A stretch of DNA of 64,000 nt from the NCBI RefSeq assembly GCF_037042905.1, contig NC_087258.1:2604001-2668000 (forward strand), read 5' to 3'. A program made the position numbers and the translations under genes. Below, one piece after another: positions 24,887 through 38,010 of this stretch; position 1 is the stretch's first letter; the number at the start of each line of letters is the position of its first letter. The DNA is from Lytechinus pictus. Taxonomy: Eukaryota. A model generated the notes under the pieces. The model was given only the letters and a program-made list of their open reading frames with translations. It ran no database searches and had not been told where the DNA came from.

Positions 24887-27800
24887 CTAAGGAGAAATCA
24901 AACAAAAAAATAGAAAAAGGGTCAATAATAAAAATTGGGAAAAGGATAACAAAGCTCAGCCTTAATAAATGTAAGGTACATGTATTACACCCTTTATTTC
25001 AACAGAATGGGTTTGGAGTTTGGTAGGACCTCAAACTATTTGTGCACCACAAAAAACTGTGCTGTTACCCAGAGTGCATAGGGTAACACACAATAAATTT
25101 AATACCAGTGTTCAGTTTATGATGGTGTTCTTTGAACACCTAGTGGTGTTACTCCAATACCTTAGGTTATTCAACACTCCTTGCTGTTTGGTTCAAACTT
25201 TAAAGGTTAAGGGTGTAATTTTAACACATTTTTACATTAGTGTTAAGATTTTTGTTTTATTTGAGCACCTGGTGGTGTTTATTCTGACACCTTTAAAAAT
25301 GTTTTTTAAACTTTCCTTGCATATATGTTCAGACTTTAAGGGTGTAATTTTAACACCTTAGGGTGTAGTCCTCTAGTAGCACCAAATGGTGTCAGTTAAC
25401 ACCCATTTTTCAGCAGGTGAGTTCTCCCTACTTCCTTCTGGTGGTCAAGGAACAAAATGATCGAAGCACTTGTTTGATTTTTTTTTTTTTTTTTCAAGCT
25501 TGCAATTTTCAAGGCTGTAGTCTTAGCGTGTAACTTGAGGTAACATACAGAAGCAGTAATTAAACTCATCAGAGTCTTTGGAACTTTAGAAATGGTGTCA
25601 TAGGCTAGTCTGTAGGCACAAACCCTTATCGAGAGTTTAATTATTTAAATAAGCAGTCCTTGAGATGAGACTAGTACAGCTCCCATTTTGCAAGGAGTCA
25701 AATCATGATTGGGAAGCTAGAATAAACAATCCCCATTTGACTGTGGTAGTTTAAGAATCCAGACCCCCCCCCCAGAAAAAGTGTTTTCGAAAAAGTTGTG
25801 TCTGAGACTGCAGACTAGCTGTGGACCTCTAATAGTGCCAGTTATCATGGAGCAAAATGAAATAAATGTCGGCAAATATCAAAGGAGGAGCAGTCAACTT
25901 ACCTTCTAAATTCCATTCTTACTCTCACTTTTCTCATCCTCTCAACATTTCTTCGGGGAGGGAGACAAAAAACGTGAATTTCATGCAAATTTATCAGTCA
26001 CCATGGAAACCAAGCAAGGCAAGCCGAGTGCTCCCGTTTTTTTATTTTTTTATTCTGAACCAAATTCCTTTTGCTCCTGATAACTAATAACTGCAACAGC
26101 ACAAAAGAGGCAAGAGGGATCAAGTGACATTTTCTCCTAAAAAGTTATGATTTCAATCTAAATCCATAACAAGACAAAAATTGTTTGAAAAAGGATGTTC
26201 TTCATTGATTACTGAAAAACTCCAGATATCGCCTGGAAAAAAATCCACACTATTACAATTTTTGTCTTAATGTTTGTCACTTGTTTCCTTCTTTATAGCA
26301 CAATGTGGCAAAATTTTGGCAAGGCTCCCAGACTGCTACAATTATCTCAAATATACAATGTAGGACCTTCTAACGGACACAAAATCTGTAAATGTGACTA
26401 CCTTGCTCTTAACAGGCAAAGTCAATACAATTTGCTCATAAATTTTCACATACTATTTTGAATAGATATAACCCTCAATTGGAAATTATCTTAATTACAG
26501 TGAAAGAAAGGCACTTCGTGGTGAAAATCATTCTAAACTAACATATACATGTAGGTTGCATCTAATCTATGACATGTACATGTATGCATGTATCTACTCT
26601 GCTATGAAAGGGTAAATTGAACAAGAATTAGAGGTTGTCTTCTAAATGAAGGTTGATGTTATAATCATGCACAATGAAACACAAATATTCTATTAAAGAT
26701 GATGTGTATGTTAATTAGAAATCAACAGTTAGTGAATAGATTTACAAAACAAAATTAGTGTTAGTTTTTACAAATAGATTAGCCATGGAGATAGTAACAC
26801 AGATTAAAAATAAATAACAGATTTAATATCTCCATGGATGAAGTGTGAGACACAAATGTATGGACAAAAATGGTTATAATGCATTGATTTTGAGTGAGAA
26901 ACAATTATAGTCCATTGTTATAGAAATAAAGGAGAAAGAGATACATTCATTAAACAGCATCACAGAAAAACTTGTTAATGGAAACATATTTATATTGACA
27001 TTTGGATTCATTATGAAGTGTACCAAGTACTGGCTGGTTAAAATGTGAAATACAAATTATAGCTTTTATTTGCATATTATGATCAACATTATTTGCTTTT
27101 ATCTTTGTTCTATGCCTTTTAGTTTTAATGAAATTTTTTTGGGCTTGCTATTAAGCAAAATTGTGTGGGGTTGATTAATTTTTGCAAATGACAATGAGGA
27201 CTGTTTTCATATGGCTACATACAATGTTAGCAATATTATCATAAGAACATTGACTAGTGAAAACAAAATCAGCACAAAAAGTAACCATATTTCCCACACC
27301 TACATGTACAAGTAATTGAAAAGAAAATGAAAATCACTTTTTAAAGCATGTATTTACGTCCACCCTTCACCAATAGGAGATCAAATCCATGCAATAAAAC
27401 CACTCGATAAAGAAAGTTGTTAATTTTTCCTTTTGAAGCAAAGCAATCATTATCAAGCTACTACACAAAGCACCCTTCTATCACATGATATATTTCAGAA
27501 GATGAAAAATCCTAATTGACCTGTAAATGCCTTACTTAAAAGAAAAAAAAAAGGTTCAGCATCTGCATGAAACACATGGCATATTTCTATGGAACTTTAA
27601 ACAAAGAAATGTGTCTTTCATGTCTATATATAAAAAAGACTCAATATAGGATAAATATGTCTTACACTCTCAGCCCCCCCCCCCCAGTTTTAGCCATGCT
27701 GTATTTAAGCCCCAAAGGTAATAAACCTACATGTACATTATGTACCAGAATTAAATATTGAGAAGAGGGACTATGCATTTCTTTGTAATCAAGTGTTTGA

Positions 27801-29135
27801 AAACATGCCATATTTCATTGCAGAATCTGATACAATTTGGAATAACTAAAGAGTCATCATGGAGCAAAAAAAAAATTGATGTCACAAAAGGGAGACACAG
27901 CCAGCTTTGCTCGTAAACATGGATGATTCCAAACTCTGCGCAGACATAGGAAATATATTACGAGAAGTCTGTCTTTGTCTGGCACCGTCCCCAGGAGATG
28001 GCTGAGAGGCGTGAGGCTGTGATGAGAGTCCGCCGCGAGGAGATGGCCGGTTCTCACTGTGTACAGCTTGTAGTACTACTGTCCTTGATAAAGATGCATC
28101 TCGACTCTTGTTCCAACTCTGGTTTAACCTTCAACCAGGGTCTGAAGTTATGGTTTTACAATGGTACTAGCCAAATGTAACACAAATCTCCATAACTAGA
28201 TGATCAATTTATCATCATTTTCTTTCACACTCAAAGCATGATTACAAACTATCTTGAAATATCATTGAATTCAATAGTTTCTTGTCATTAAAACAAAGTT
28301 CCCAGTAAACTCCCAAGAAGCACTGGTGTAAACAGGAGTTTGACATTTAATTTCCCATAATTTTAGGTTACCTATAATTTTAGGTTACCTATAATTTTAG
28401 GTTACCAGACTGAGACGAAGGCTATTGGCTCTTATTCTTAACTATATGACTTAATTCAAGTCACAGTCTCAGTCTGTGGTTAAATTATGGGAAGCCAACA
28501 GTGTGAAAACTTGTTAACACGGTATACTTCTTGTGTTTATAAGGCTCTTTCCTCATACCTTAATGGTGAAGGAAACTCTTTTTTAGTCATCATTCCATTT
28601 CACTTTTTACGAGTTTAGGTGTAGACTTTGTTGATGAATTGAATATCTACAACTGTTAATATTTATGGCACATTGGGCTTCCCATACTTAAACCACTCAA
28701 TTGGACCAATCATGGCTGTGTTGGTGAATAAAACCAAACGAACACCAATATCAGCTCATAATCCTGCAGCTATAAACACCAGACTCTCTGAATGACATTG
28801 CAGCTCAACAGTAGTGGCTAAAATAAAGTTGATCCATCAATTATCAAATTTCTTAATTACAAAATGAAGCAAACTTAAGCGAGACAATACTCAAAATAGA
28901 CTTTCTTATATTGATAAAAACCAGAACAAGTTGAGCAATCATGCTCAAAATGTTCTAGAACGCATCATCTCATTTCATAACACACTCATATGTACCTAAA
29001 GAGGAAATGAATAAAAATATCGAAAAATTTTCTCATTCACACTGCGCTCTCTCTCTCCCTCTTTGCTTCAATAACTTATTTCATTTTTCTGTATATATAA
29101 CTTCAGAGTAAACATTTTTATGTTAATATGAACTG

Positions 29136-29294
29136 GGGCCCATTTCACAAGGAGTGTCCAATTATTGCAACTTTTCCATTATTGTAACTACCAGGGAATC
29201 CTTGATTTTGATTGGCTGCTTTAGACCTGTTACCATGGTAGTTTCCACAATGGAAAACTTACAATAGTTATAACTCTTCATGAAACAGGGGCCT
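29136..29294. mobile_element. Short GGGCCC-ended MITE carrying CCAAT and X-box-like motifs
   Basis: GGGGCCCATTTCAC...TGAAACAGGGGCC; related copies near 14643, 31046, 34926 and 59441. Confidence 0.6.
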
Positions 29295-30497
29295 CGGCTG
29301 TGCCTCTGACCTGAGCCCTATATGAATATACCCTGGAGGAATTGTAGGGGTTAAATTGTCACAGCTTGAATGAAGCTGTTGCACTGAAGGCTGTTCACAT
29401 TTATCAACTTGTCTTTATAGAACTTGTACCCTCATTTCAAACTAGTCTTCATTTAAGACCCCTATCATCATATACAATGCAGATACATTACGTGTCATAC
29501 TAGTATCATAATCTATAGATTATCTTAATGTATTTTTGTATCAAGGATGTGAGTAAAATGAATTTTAATCAGAATTTTGAAGTATGAATTCAACTAGAGA
29601 GCATGATGATATTACAAAAATTGAATAATGATAAATGTAGAGTACAATTTGATGACCTTTCCTATTTTGATTGATACGCATTGAAGTTTCACTAATATTA
29701 TCAAACAGGGTCTGCAGTTCACAACTAAATTTCACATCATCCGGGGGGGGGGGGGGGGGTTTCAAATATGAATCCAGAACAAGTTTCGGTAGACCACAAG
29801 TGATCATACAGTGATTAAATCATTATGTGTGACATGAGAGGAATTATGTGATCAGAAAATGAGATCATAATTGGAAGAGACATCACTCAAACTGTGTTCA
29901 AACCACATTTGGGGTCTGGTAATAGGAGTTGAAGAAATGATTGTTAATATTCTGATGTGGATGAATTTTAAAAGTGAAGCAATATGCTTCATCTCTTACT
30001 ACATTACAGACAAATGTATCAAAGTGCTTTGTACTTTGTAAAAATCATAACACAGAAATAACATTTAAAATAAAAGCTCTCCTGTAAAATGAATCTTCTT
30101 ATGAATTTTGGTATTACATTTTTTGTATCTATACTTCACCTCAACTAGGGCCTATGATGCTGATGTGCTATAATACTTATAATACTCTGTTATAAGTTTG
30201 AGAAAATGCTTCAACCATCTTACGGCATTAGAAAGGATAAATTTAATTATAGAGCACCAGGTATGAATATAATTAATTTGCAAAATATCATAGATAGGGC
30301 ATGAGAAAAATTAAAATTGAATTAATAAATAAAAGAGTAAATGTCATTTTGAAAATAAGAAAGATATCAATAATTATTCCCTCAATTACTAGATGAGTAA
30401 TTAATGTGGAGTTCTTTCATCACAGCAACGTAAAGTGTTCGGCTCCTTTAATTGATTCTGATAGATCTCAACTGTCTTGCATAGAGAGTCGGAGTCA

Positions 30498-30712
30498 TCA
30501 CGTCAATTAGCCGGGTATGCATCAGGCATTGACAGTCTCTGGTGTCAAGATCGTTATGATGAGTAAAAATGGGGGGCCCCAGTCATAGCAGCTATGACTC
30601 ATCGATCTAAAAATAACTCATGACTCGTGTACAGGGACAGCACCGCGGAGCCTCCAGTTCTTTCTGGCTTCTTATGCAAATGAGTCAGCCCAAGTGCATG
30701 CTGGGAAATTCC
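30498..30712. promoter_or_regulatory. Candidate intronic enhancer
   Basis: TCACGTCA (CRE-like) 30498, TGACTCA 30595, ATGCAAAT 30674, TGAGTCA 30681, GGGAAATTCC 30703. Confidence 0.4.
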
Positions 30713-32542
30713 AGAAACTTTTTTGAAGGGGGAGGTGTCAGGGAAGGGACCAAAATTGGGGGGGGGGGTATATTGGGGTCAGAAGGGCGATAGTAGTACT
30801 ATTTCCTAGGGGGAACTATTAAAAATATCTGAACTATTTTATGGCTCAGCTGGTTTCTACCAAGGGTACATTTTGCTAGAGGTTGGGGTAGCCATGGGGG
30901 AAACGAGGGGCAAAGTTGGAAATACAACATCAGTGAAACCAAAGAATATTGAAATAATTCACTTATAAAGTACACCAGGCATTCATTTTTCTTCCAAGAA
31001 ACCGCATATTTGTTTTTTGGGGGGGTTTGTTTGGGTTTTTTTATTGGGGGACGTTTCTTGAAGAATTTTGCCAGTAATCTTCACGACCATATAAGCTACT
31101 GGATTTGCATCTGATTGGCTGAGAACAAATTTGTCAGTGTAAATCATTGACAAAACTCTTCATGAAATGCTCGCCTGGAATGTGCTAATCAATCTTACTG
31201 CCAGGGATGATGACTAGAAAGTCATAAAAAGTTTTGTCAATCCATCATCACTCAGCTTACAAGATATATTCAGTGTCTATAATTTTTCCACATTGCCCAT
31301 AACTAAACTTATCTAGCTTTCAAAGCATGAAAGTGGAGGCGCTATACAAAAATAATATTTCTATTTTTAAAAAGTACTTGAAGTGCAGCTTGATGTCCAG
31401 TACTGACCACACAGAAATGTTGTTAGCACATGCAATACACTAACAGAGGCCCTGTTACAACCGGTAATGTGGCAGCGATGCCTATTGTTACAACAATACA
31501 TTACTTACACACTGAAATAAATGTTTCAACTTTACAATCTGAAAGATGCGACTGGGCTTACTGTTTGTGCTCTGTTAGAGTAACAACGCTTCTGTGTGGC
31601 CGGCACTGGTCAATAAGAGCATCCAAACCAATTGAGCTCAACTCATGCACATGAACATATTGGCCTCATGGGTAAAACATCAAGCTTTCATCTACATAAT
31701 TAAAAAAATATTAATCCCTACATGTTGTTTAACAATAAAAGAAATGGTCTACATATGTAATCGATCTTCCACCCCATTCTCTCCATTACACCCCCTCCCT
31801 TACTGACCAAACCCCTTCCTCCCCCTTCAAGTTCAACAGTCTACTGTGGCCCATTATTTTGATGGGAATAGCAGATGTCTCGGCAATGGTTCCCTGACGG
31901 AGATTAATAACTCGAGATGTTATGGAATGCCGCTACCAGTTAGGAGTCCGCTTATCCCTAGCACCTATCCATACCAAATGTTGTCATCTCAGATACAGAT
32001 GAATGCAATGGATGTGTCTGTGTGTAGCTGTAGTATTGGAAATACTTGTGCAATGTGTATTGATTGTGAGCATCACTAGAATAGGGTCAAGGTGTAGATG
32101 AGAGCAAACCAATAAATGATCCCATTAATCTCATGCCTATGACGAAAGCATCAAATGTCAAACCAGGGAAGTGTAAATGAGGGAGGTTTCTATACTAACA
32201 TCTTTTTTTTCATTTGATTCTGATGTGCAAACCTGCTTAAAATGCAAATTTTGGTTCATGTGTACTTGTAAAAAAAATCAAATTCAAATTTGTATTAAGT
32301 TAAAAATATGATTGAATTTGAATGTGATTTCAAATTTGAATCAAAGATCCAAATCCAAAACCAAAACCAATTCCAATTCCACTTGAAAATTCATATTCAA
32401 TTTCATTATTGATTCAAAATGAAATAAAAGCCTCTATGCAAGTTCATGGTAAAACAATCTAATTCAATTACTGTGTTTTTGTGTAGTGGTACACATGCAA
32501 AAACTAATCTGCATGTATGTTTCCAATAAGTTAAGACTTTAG

Positions 32543-32603
32543 TAACAACCCACCTACATAACCACAAATACACTGCTCTTTGTTTTTATTAGAAAAATTT
32601 ATT
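32543..32603 (-). terminator. Candidate intronic polyadenylation site
   Basis: Minus strand reads AATAAA (32598-32603), AATAAA (32585-32590), then a GT-rich element gtgtatttgtggttatgtaggtgggttgtt. Confidence 0.4.
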
Positions 32604-35274
32604 GCATCTCTTAAAAATTACATTTACAAAGCTTGATAATACCATAGACCTATACAAGTACTTATAGACAGCCTTCCTATACGGCATAACAATTTCACAT
32701 GTACATTTTAACCAGTACTGTTTTATATACTGAATGGACAAATGGAGAAAAAATAAATATACTATTCAAATGATCTATAACATTTCAGTCCTACTTTAAT
32801 ATCAACTACATCCTCCAACAATATTTCAAAGGTTTGTGGTACAATAGATTTCCTTAGTGTGTATGCGTGAATCTCAGAGATCACATTCAAATATCTGTCA
32901 GCATATGAGCTTGAAGTTAAATTGGTTTTGTTCAATTAATCAAAACTTCTGAATTTTAAACTTCTAACGGAATGAAATGTGTCCCATAAGGACATTTAAA
33001 AATGGATCAATGAATGAACTGACAATACTCTGCATGTCTACATGTATATATATCTAAATTTATGACAAAGTTAATACTTGTTTTAGAAACTGTAAATAAT
33101 AAATTTTAAAGTGATTTTACTCGATCTCCAGTTGAATTGGGATTTTTTCATGAAGATGATTAGGAATATAAAAGCATGATTACCAACATCTGCAAAGAAT
33201 ATTACAATACATCCCATTAGCAATCAGAATGAAAACATACATTTTCACTTCTTGAACTTCACAGACCGTTCAACACATCCTCAAATAAATTTTCAGAGTG
33301 AATACTGTTACACATATTATAACACACACAACGTAGCAAAACCAATTAATTTTTCAAAAAGCAGTAAATATTAATGAATGAAGTACAAAAAATGGTTGAT
33401 TCATACAAAAATTTAATACAAAGGAAGCCAATTTGCATTTTTACAAATAAACACTTTTCTTTGAGGCTTTAGAGACACTCTCCCTTTGGATGAAATCATG
33501 CATATTATTTTGAACTGTAGAATGGAACTATTAATTGAAATGATAATTTATCATGGAAAAGCTATAAGGTTGAAAAAGCAGATTTTTTAATACCAAGTAT
33601 GAAATTTTATAGGATATTTCATTTCCATTGAATAATTATGGACTATAAAAATCTTAATATTCTTTTCAAGAGAACTTGAAAGAAGGGATAAGATGGAACG
33701 TTATACGTTAAGTACCTATCATCTCAAGCTAATATATTAAGTACGTATCATCTGAAAACTTGGGAACCTAAAACATATTTAGTTCAACTATGAAACTACA
33801 ATTATTTCTTTACAAGATCTTGATATAATACAATATGAAATAATATTACAAAGGTGCAAAAACATGGTACAATATTGCAATAGCCCGTGAGGTGGATAAG
33901 CATTTGACAACATATAGTCCCGGTCTGGAGACTGGAGAATATATATATTTCAAATCAATATGAATACATCACTGAATATTATAATTCAATAAATAATAGG
34001 TATGACTATATATATATATATATATATAGTTCATGAATGATGTTATGATGTAGTACAAATGAAGGTAGATAATGAGTCAACTTAAGAATACAATCAAGGC
34101 AATATATAATAAGAATTTCCCAAGAGGTCCGGCAATTAAAGCGAAAAAGTACAAAAGGCATTTTTTTATTTTCCAAGTCTTTTTAAATTCAGCAATTCAA
34201 TATATATATGAAGGTTTCTACTTCATGGTTAGATGTTGATTTATAAAATGATTAATTTTTTTTTATTTGTCTGTGAATTACTGAAATAAAATATAATGAG
34301 CATTAATCCACGTTTCAATTTCTAAGTTACCATAATGATCATGTTGTTTATAAAATCATGATAATTTGTCTGCCAATTGGAAATTAGAAACAAAATGAAA
34401 TTGTACATTTGTATGATTTTCAGCAGAGATTTTGATGGATGAAACAATTGAACATAAGACAACAAGTAATGTACACAAAAAGAACCTAAAATTATTGATC
34501 ATTAAACAGGAAAATAAATAGCTATCTAATAGAGAAATACACACAAATCAAGGCAGGATTTCGCAAATCACAAATTCAGTAAATCAAAAAAAAAAAAAAG
34601 GACGGTACATAACAGAAAATTGAATATACAAAGAACACAAGACATGCACTTGAAACAACAATAATCAAGATACATGGTCCACACAATATCTGAACAAAAA
34701 TAATTCTTTTCTAGAAGTCCATCATGATGAAGAGAAGAAAAAAGACAACTAAAAGACTATCAAAGAAACAATTACAAAGAAAAATAAATAGACTATTCTT
34801 TGGTCTCGGCTCATTCAAAATCACCATCATCATTCATTTCATACACTGAAACATGGATCTAATCCATTTTTTTGTCTAAACTTGTCTGAAAGATTCACAA
34901 TGTCAAGCGGCTGTAACAATCCTCAGGGGAACATTTATAAAGGACTTGTCGGATGTTTTATCAACAAAGTCTGTTTAATCCGGCAGATACCACAGTATCT
35001 GTGCTTCAAAGACAATTAAAATCAAGGAAATTTGGAAGATCCGACAACTTGTCAGATGATAAATGTTGATGAAACCCTCCCTGAAACGCTAGATGATATT
35101 TAGTCAGCATATACCAGCAGACAGAGCCTTTTAATCATTTATTCCTACTTCTTGACATCAAGAATTGCCAATGATAGCAAGAAAAAATATATGCGATATC
35201 AAGAATTACGATTCCCCCTGTCAAGGAATGAATTCTCAATAGGATTGAATGATAAACAGCATGCCATACATAAG

Positions 35275-35489
35275 TTGATTGATTGGTGGGGATTTTTTAC
35301 CTGATTGCTAAGAAAGCTTGAATGCTTGTAAGCAAGCAACCAGAGGACCGACGGCTTAAGGTCCTCTCCGAAGGACCTGGTAATGAGGATTAATGCCTTA
35401 CCAAAGGGCACTAGCGCACCAAGTGTGAATCGAACCCGGGTCACCAGAATACGAATCCCCCGCTCTACCGACTGAGCTATCGCGCCTCC
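35275..35489 (-). mobile_element. tRNA-derived SINE, second family
   Basis: Head GGAGGCGCGATAGCTCAGTCGGTAGAGC...GGTTCGATTC followed by a non-tRNA body GTGCCCTTTGGTAAGGCATT and an (AATC)n tail. Confidence 0.85.
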
Positions 35490-36999
35490 TCAGCTTACAC
35501 TGGCTGTACATGTAATTGACTGGGCGTAGCAGCCTCCCTGAACCTACCCATTTGACTACATTATGCTACTCCAAGCAAGTGGATCATTAGTTTTATTTGA
35601 CCACATACAATGTACATGTAGCTCTCCTTCCTACAACACAAAGCAATCCTCAGGTTTCTGTCATCGTCCCTCAAAAAATGTCATCTTTTTTTAGCTTTAA
35701 ATAATACTCAACAGCATGAACAAATCATAGAAATGCACTTGCTCATGATACTAAAATATGAAAATGATACATAAAGGTAGTGAGATAGTGATACAATGTA
35801 CATGTAGCATGACAAAGAACAGTTGTTTAAGGATTATCCTCTATAATAACCAAATATTGGTCAGCTTATAATTTTTCAACCATTTTTTCATAAACAAATG
35901 TCACACAGTTCTCTTCAAATATCCTGCAATGACACACTCACATTCACACAAACATCAACAGAATATTCTGGATTCAATAGATTCATCAATCCCGAATTAT
36001 AACAGAGCATAATTGTAAATATTCTGCATTACAAAACCACACATTAAACCTTTTATTGGGGGGGGGGGCTGAGATGCTTTTTGAATTTTTTTTATCATAT
36101 TTCATTCAAATTGCTGTTTGATAACGTTTGAACTGCTATGATGTGTATTACTATTCAAATGTAGCAGAACGTTTTCTATCCTATGACTCCTAAATCTTTA
36201 ATTCTTCTGTCAACAATAAAGGTATTTTTTTTCTATACGTGAACAGTAACATCATGCTAATTCACTGCTACAATTCAGTTTACAAGTTGCTAAATATGTA
36301 TATAATGAATTCAATTCAGCTAAAAGTTTGTTTGCAAATGGGGAATTAAACTAGCTCTCAACATAGAGGTTTTTAAATTAATTCTATTGAAACAGAAAAA
36401 AAGATCTGTGTTCATGTTTTCATAATAATAGCACATTCCAAGCACGAATCCCATGAGGGTGACACTTAAGTACACAAGACATTAAAATACAATCTCCCCA
36501 AAGTTTTGGCACTTTTTTGACAATTTGTGACAGTTTGGAACTGAAAATGATCAGCATGGAACTGAAAAAAACATGGAACTTATTTTATATCATGCATAGA
36601 CAAACCCTACATACATGTAATATGGTCCCTTTTAAAAATCAGAAATGTACATACACAGGAGATAAGTGGGTGAAGGGGGGGGGGTATGATCAAAGAGGGC
36701 GCATTCTTCTTTCTTAAGCTCATTAAACCTTTTTTCTGTGCTCATCAAACATAGAAATAAGCACTTGGAGACATAATATGAGATTGGAAGTGACAGGAAA
36801 TGGCATCTCACACAAAATTTTGAAATGAGCCTCCGCATTTAGAAAGTCGGAACTTCCATTCCCCTCTAGAACTCCTTCTCCTACCCCCTTAAGTTCACGT
36901 TGGTCCGTGTCTCACCTCTACCTTGCTCCCTCCCTTGCCCTCTCCCTTCACCCATTCCTTGCCCCCTTCCCTTCCCTTACCCCTCCCCTTCCCCCTTTG

Positions 37000-37124
37000 T
37001 CATCTGAGCTCCGTCATGAGCACCAGGTAACAGCTGAGGAGGAAGAGGAGGGATATAATGAGCATAGAGAAATAGTAGATGTACCAAAATAAGACAGCCA
37101 GAAATAAAATGGTCAGCAACTTAC
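37000..37124 (-). CDS. Candidate alternative 3' extension of exon 10 encoding a hydrophobic C-terminal tail (SKLLTILFLAVLFWYIYYFSMLIISLLFLLSCYLVLMTELR*)
   Basis: In-frame read-through of the exon 10 donor; about 36 consecutive uncharged residues; 28 of 40 codons end in G/C in otherwise AT-rich intron context. Confidence 0.55.
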
Positions 37125-37239
37125 TCTCCAGGCCGTCATCATCGTCGTCTTCGCAGCTGAGGTCACCCGACACACTGCCGGAGAGGAGGCTCTGCGTCTC
37201 CATCTGCTTCTGTAGGGCCTGCAGTTTGCTCTCATAATC
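37125..37239 (-). CDS. KIF1A/B (unc-104): Exon 10 (DYESKLQALQKQMETQSLLSGSVSGDLSCEDDDDDGLE)
   Basis: ctaacag|...GAGA|gtaagt; 115 nt, phase 0-1. Confidence 0.95.
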
Positions 37240-37937
37240 CTGTTAGTGGAAGAAACATTTTTACGGTCAATGGACTGACAAAGCTAAGCAAAATAAAATA
37301 AAGGTATTTGTATCACTATAGATTAAATGAATAGGATTATAAAGAATGGTGGAAAAATGAATCTCTCCAAAGCTCTATCTTGCAGGTATTGCAACCACCT
37401 TAATATGCATTTGTATTAGTGTAAGAGGCATAGTCACCGTCATTAGGCGGGCAAAACTATGAATGATAACAGAATAATTTACATAAATAATATCAATATA
37501 ATGAATTGCCTCCCCCCCCAAAAAAAAAATAAAAAAATAGGGGTACTTCTCTACTCTCTTGTGACCATTACTCCATGTTACAAGCTTGATTGAAGATATA
37601 CATGTACCTTACCAAATGGAATGCAACATTTTCATTTTAAATTTTAGATTAAAAACAAATTTCCCAAAAATACTGAGCCATTTCTATACATGTAGATTAA
37701 AGTTTCTTACACAATTAAACATGCAAATTACCTACTATATACATGTGTGTACATCATTCTAACTATAATTGCATAATTCCTTTATGAAGCTTTTTTTCAG
37801 CTAACAATTTGGGGATTCAGATTATCTGTTTGAATGTTTCTATGTTAGATATGAAGTGAGGTAACTATTTCTCTTAGGTGGAATGGTAAATTGTCAATCT
37901 TTACAGGGCTAGATAAAATACATATAAAGATATGTAC

Positions 37938-38010
37938 CAGTCTCTGTTGCTCTAAAAGTTGGTCTGCTTCTTCCTTCTCTTTCTTGTACTGCATCTCCAT
38001 GGCAAGTAAT
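37938..38010 (-). CDS. KIF1A/B (unc-104): Exon 9: CC2 (LLAMEMQYKKEKEEADQLLEQQRL)
   Basis: ttccag|...|gtacat; 73 nt, phase 2-0. Confidence 0.95.

Noticed and set aside
35419-35489. Apparent tRNA gene
   Set aside because: A and B boxes continue into a SINE body and tail; no proper acceptor stem
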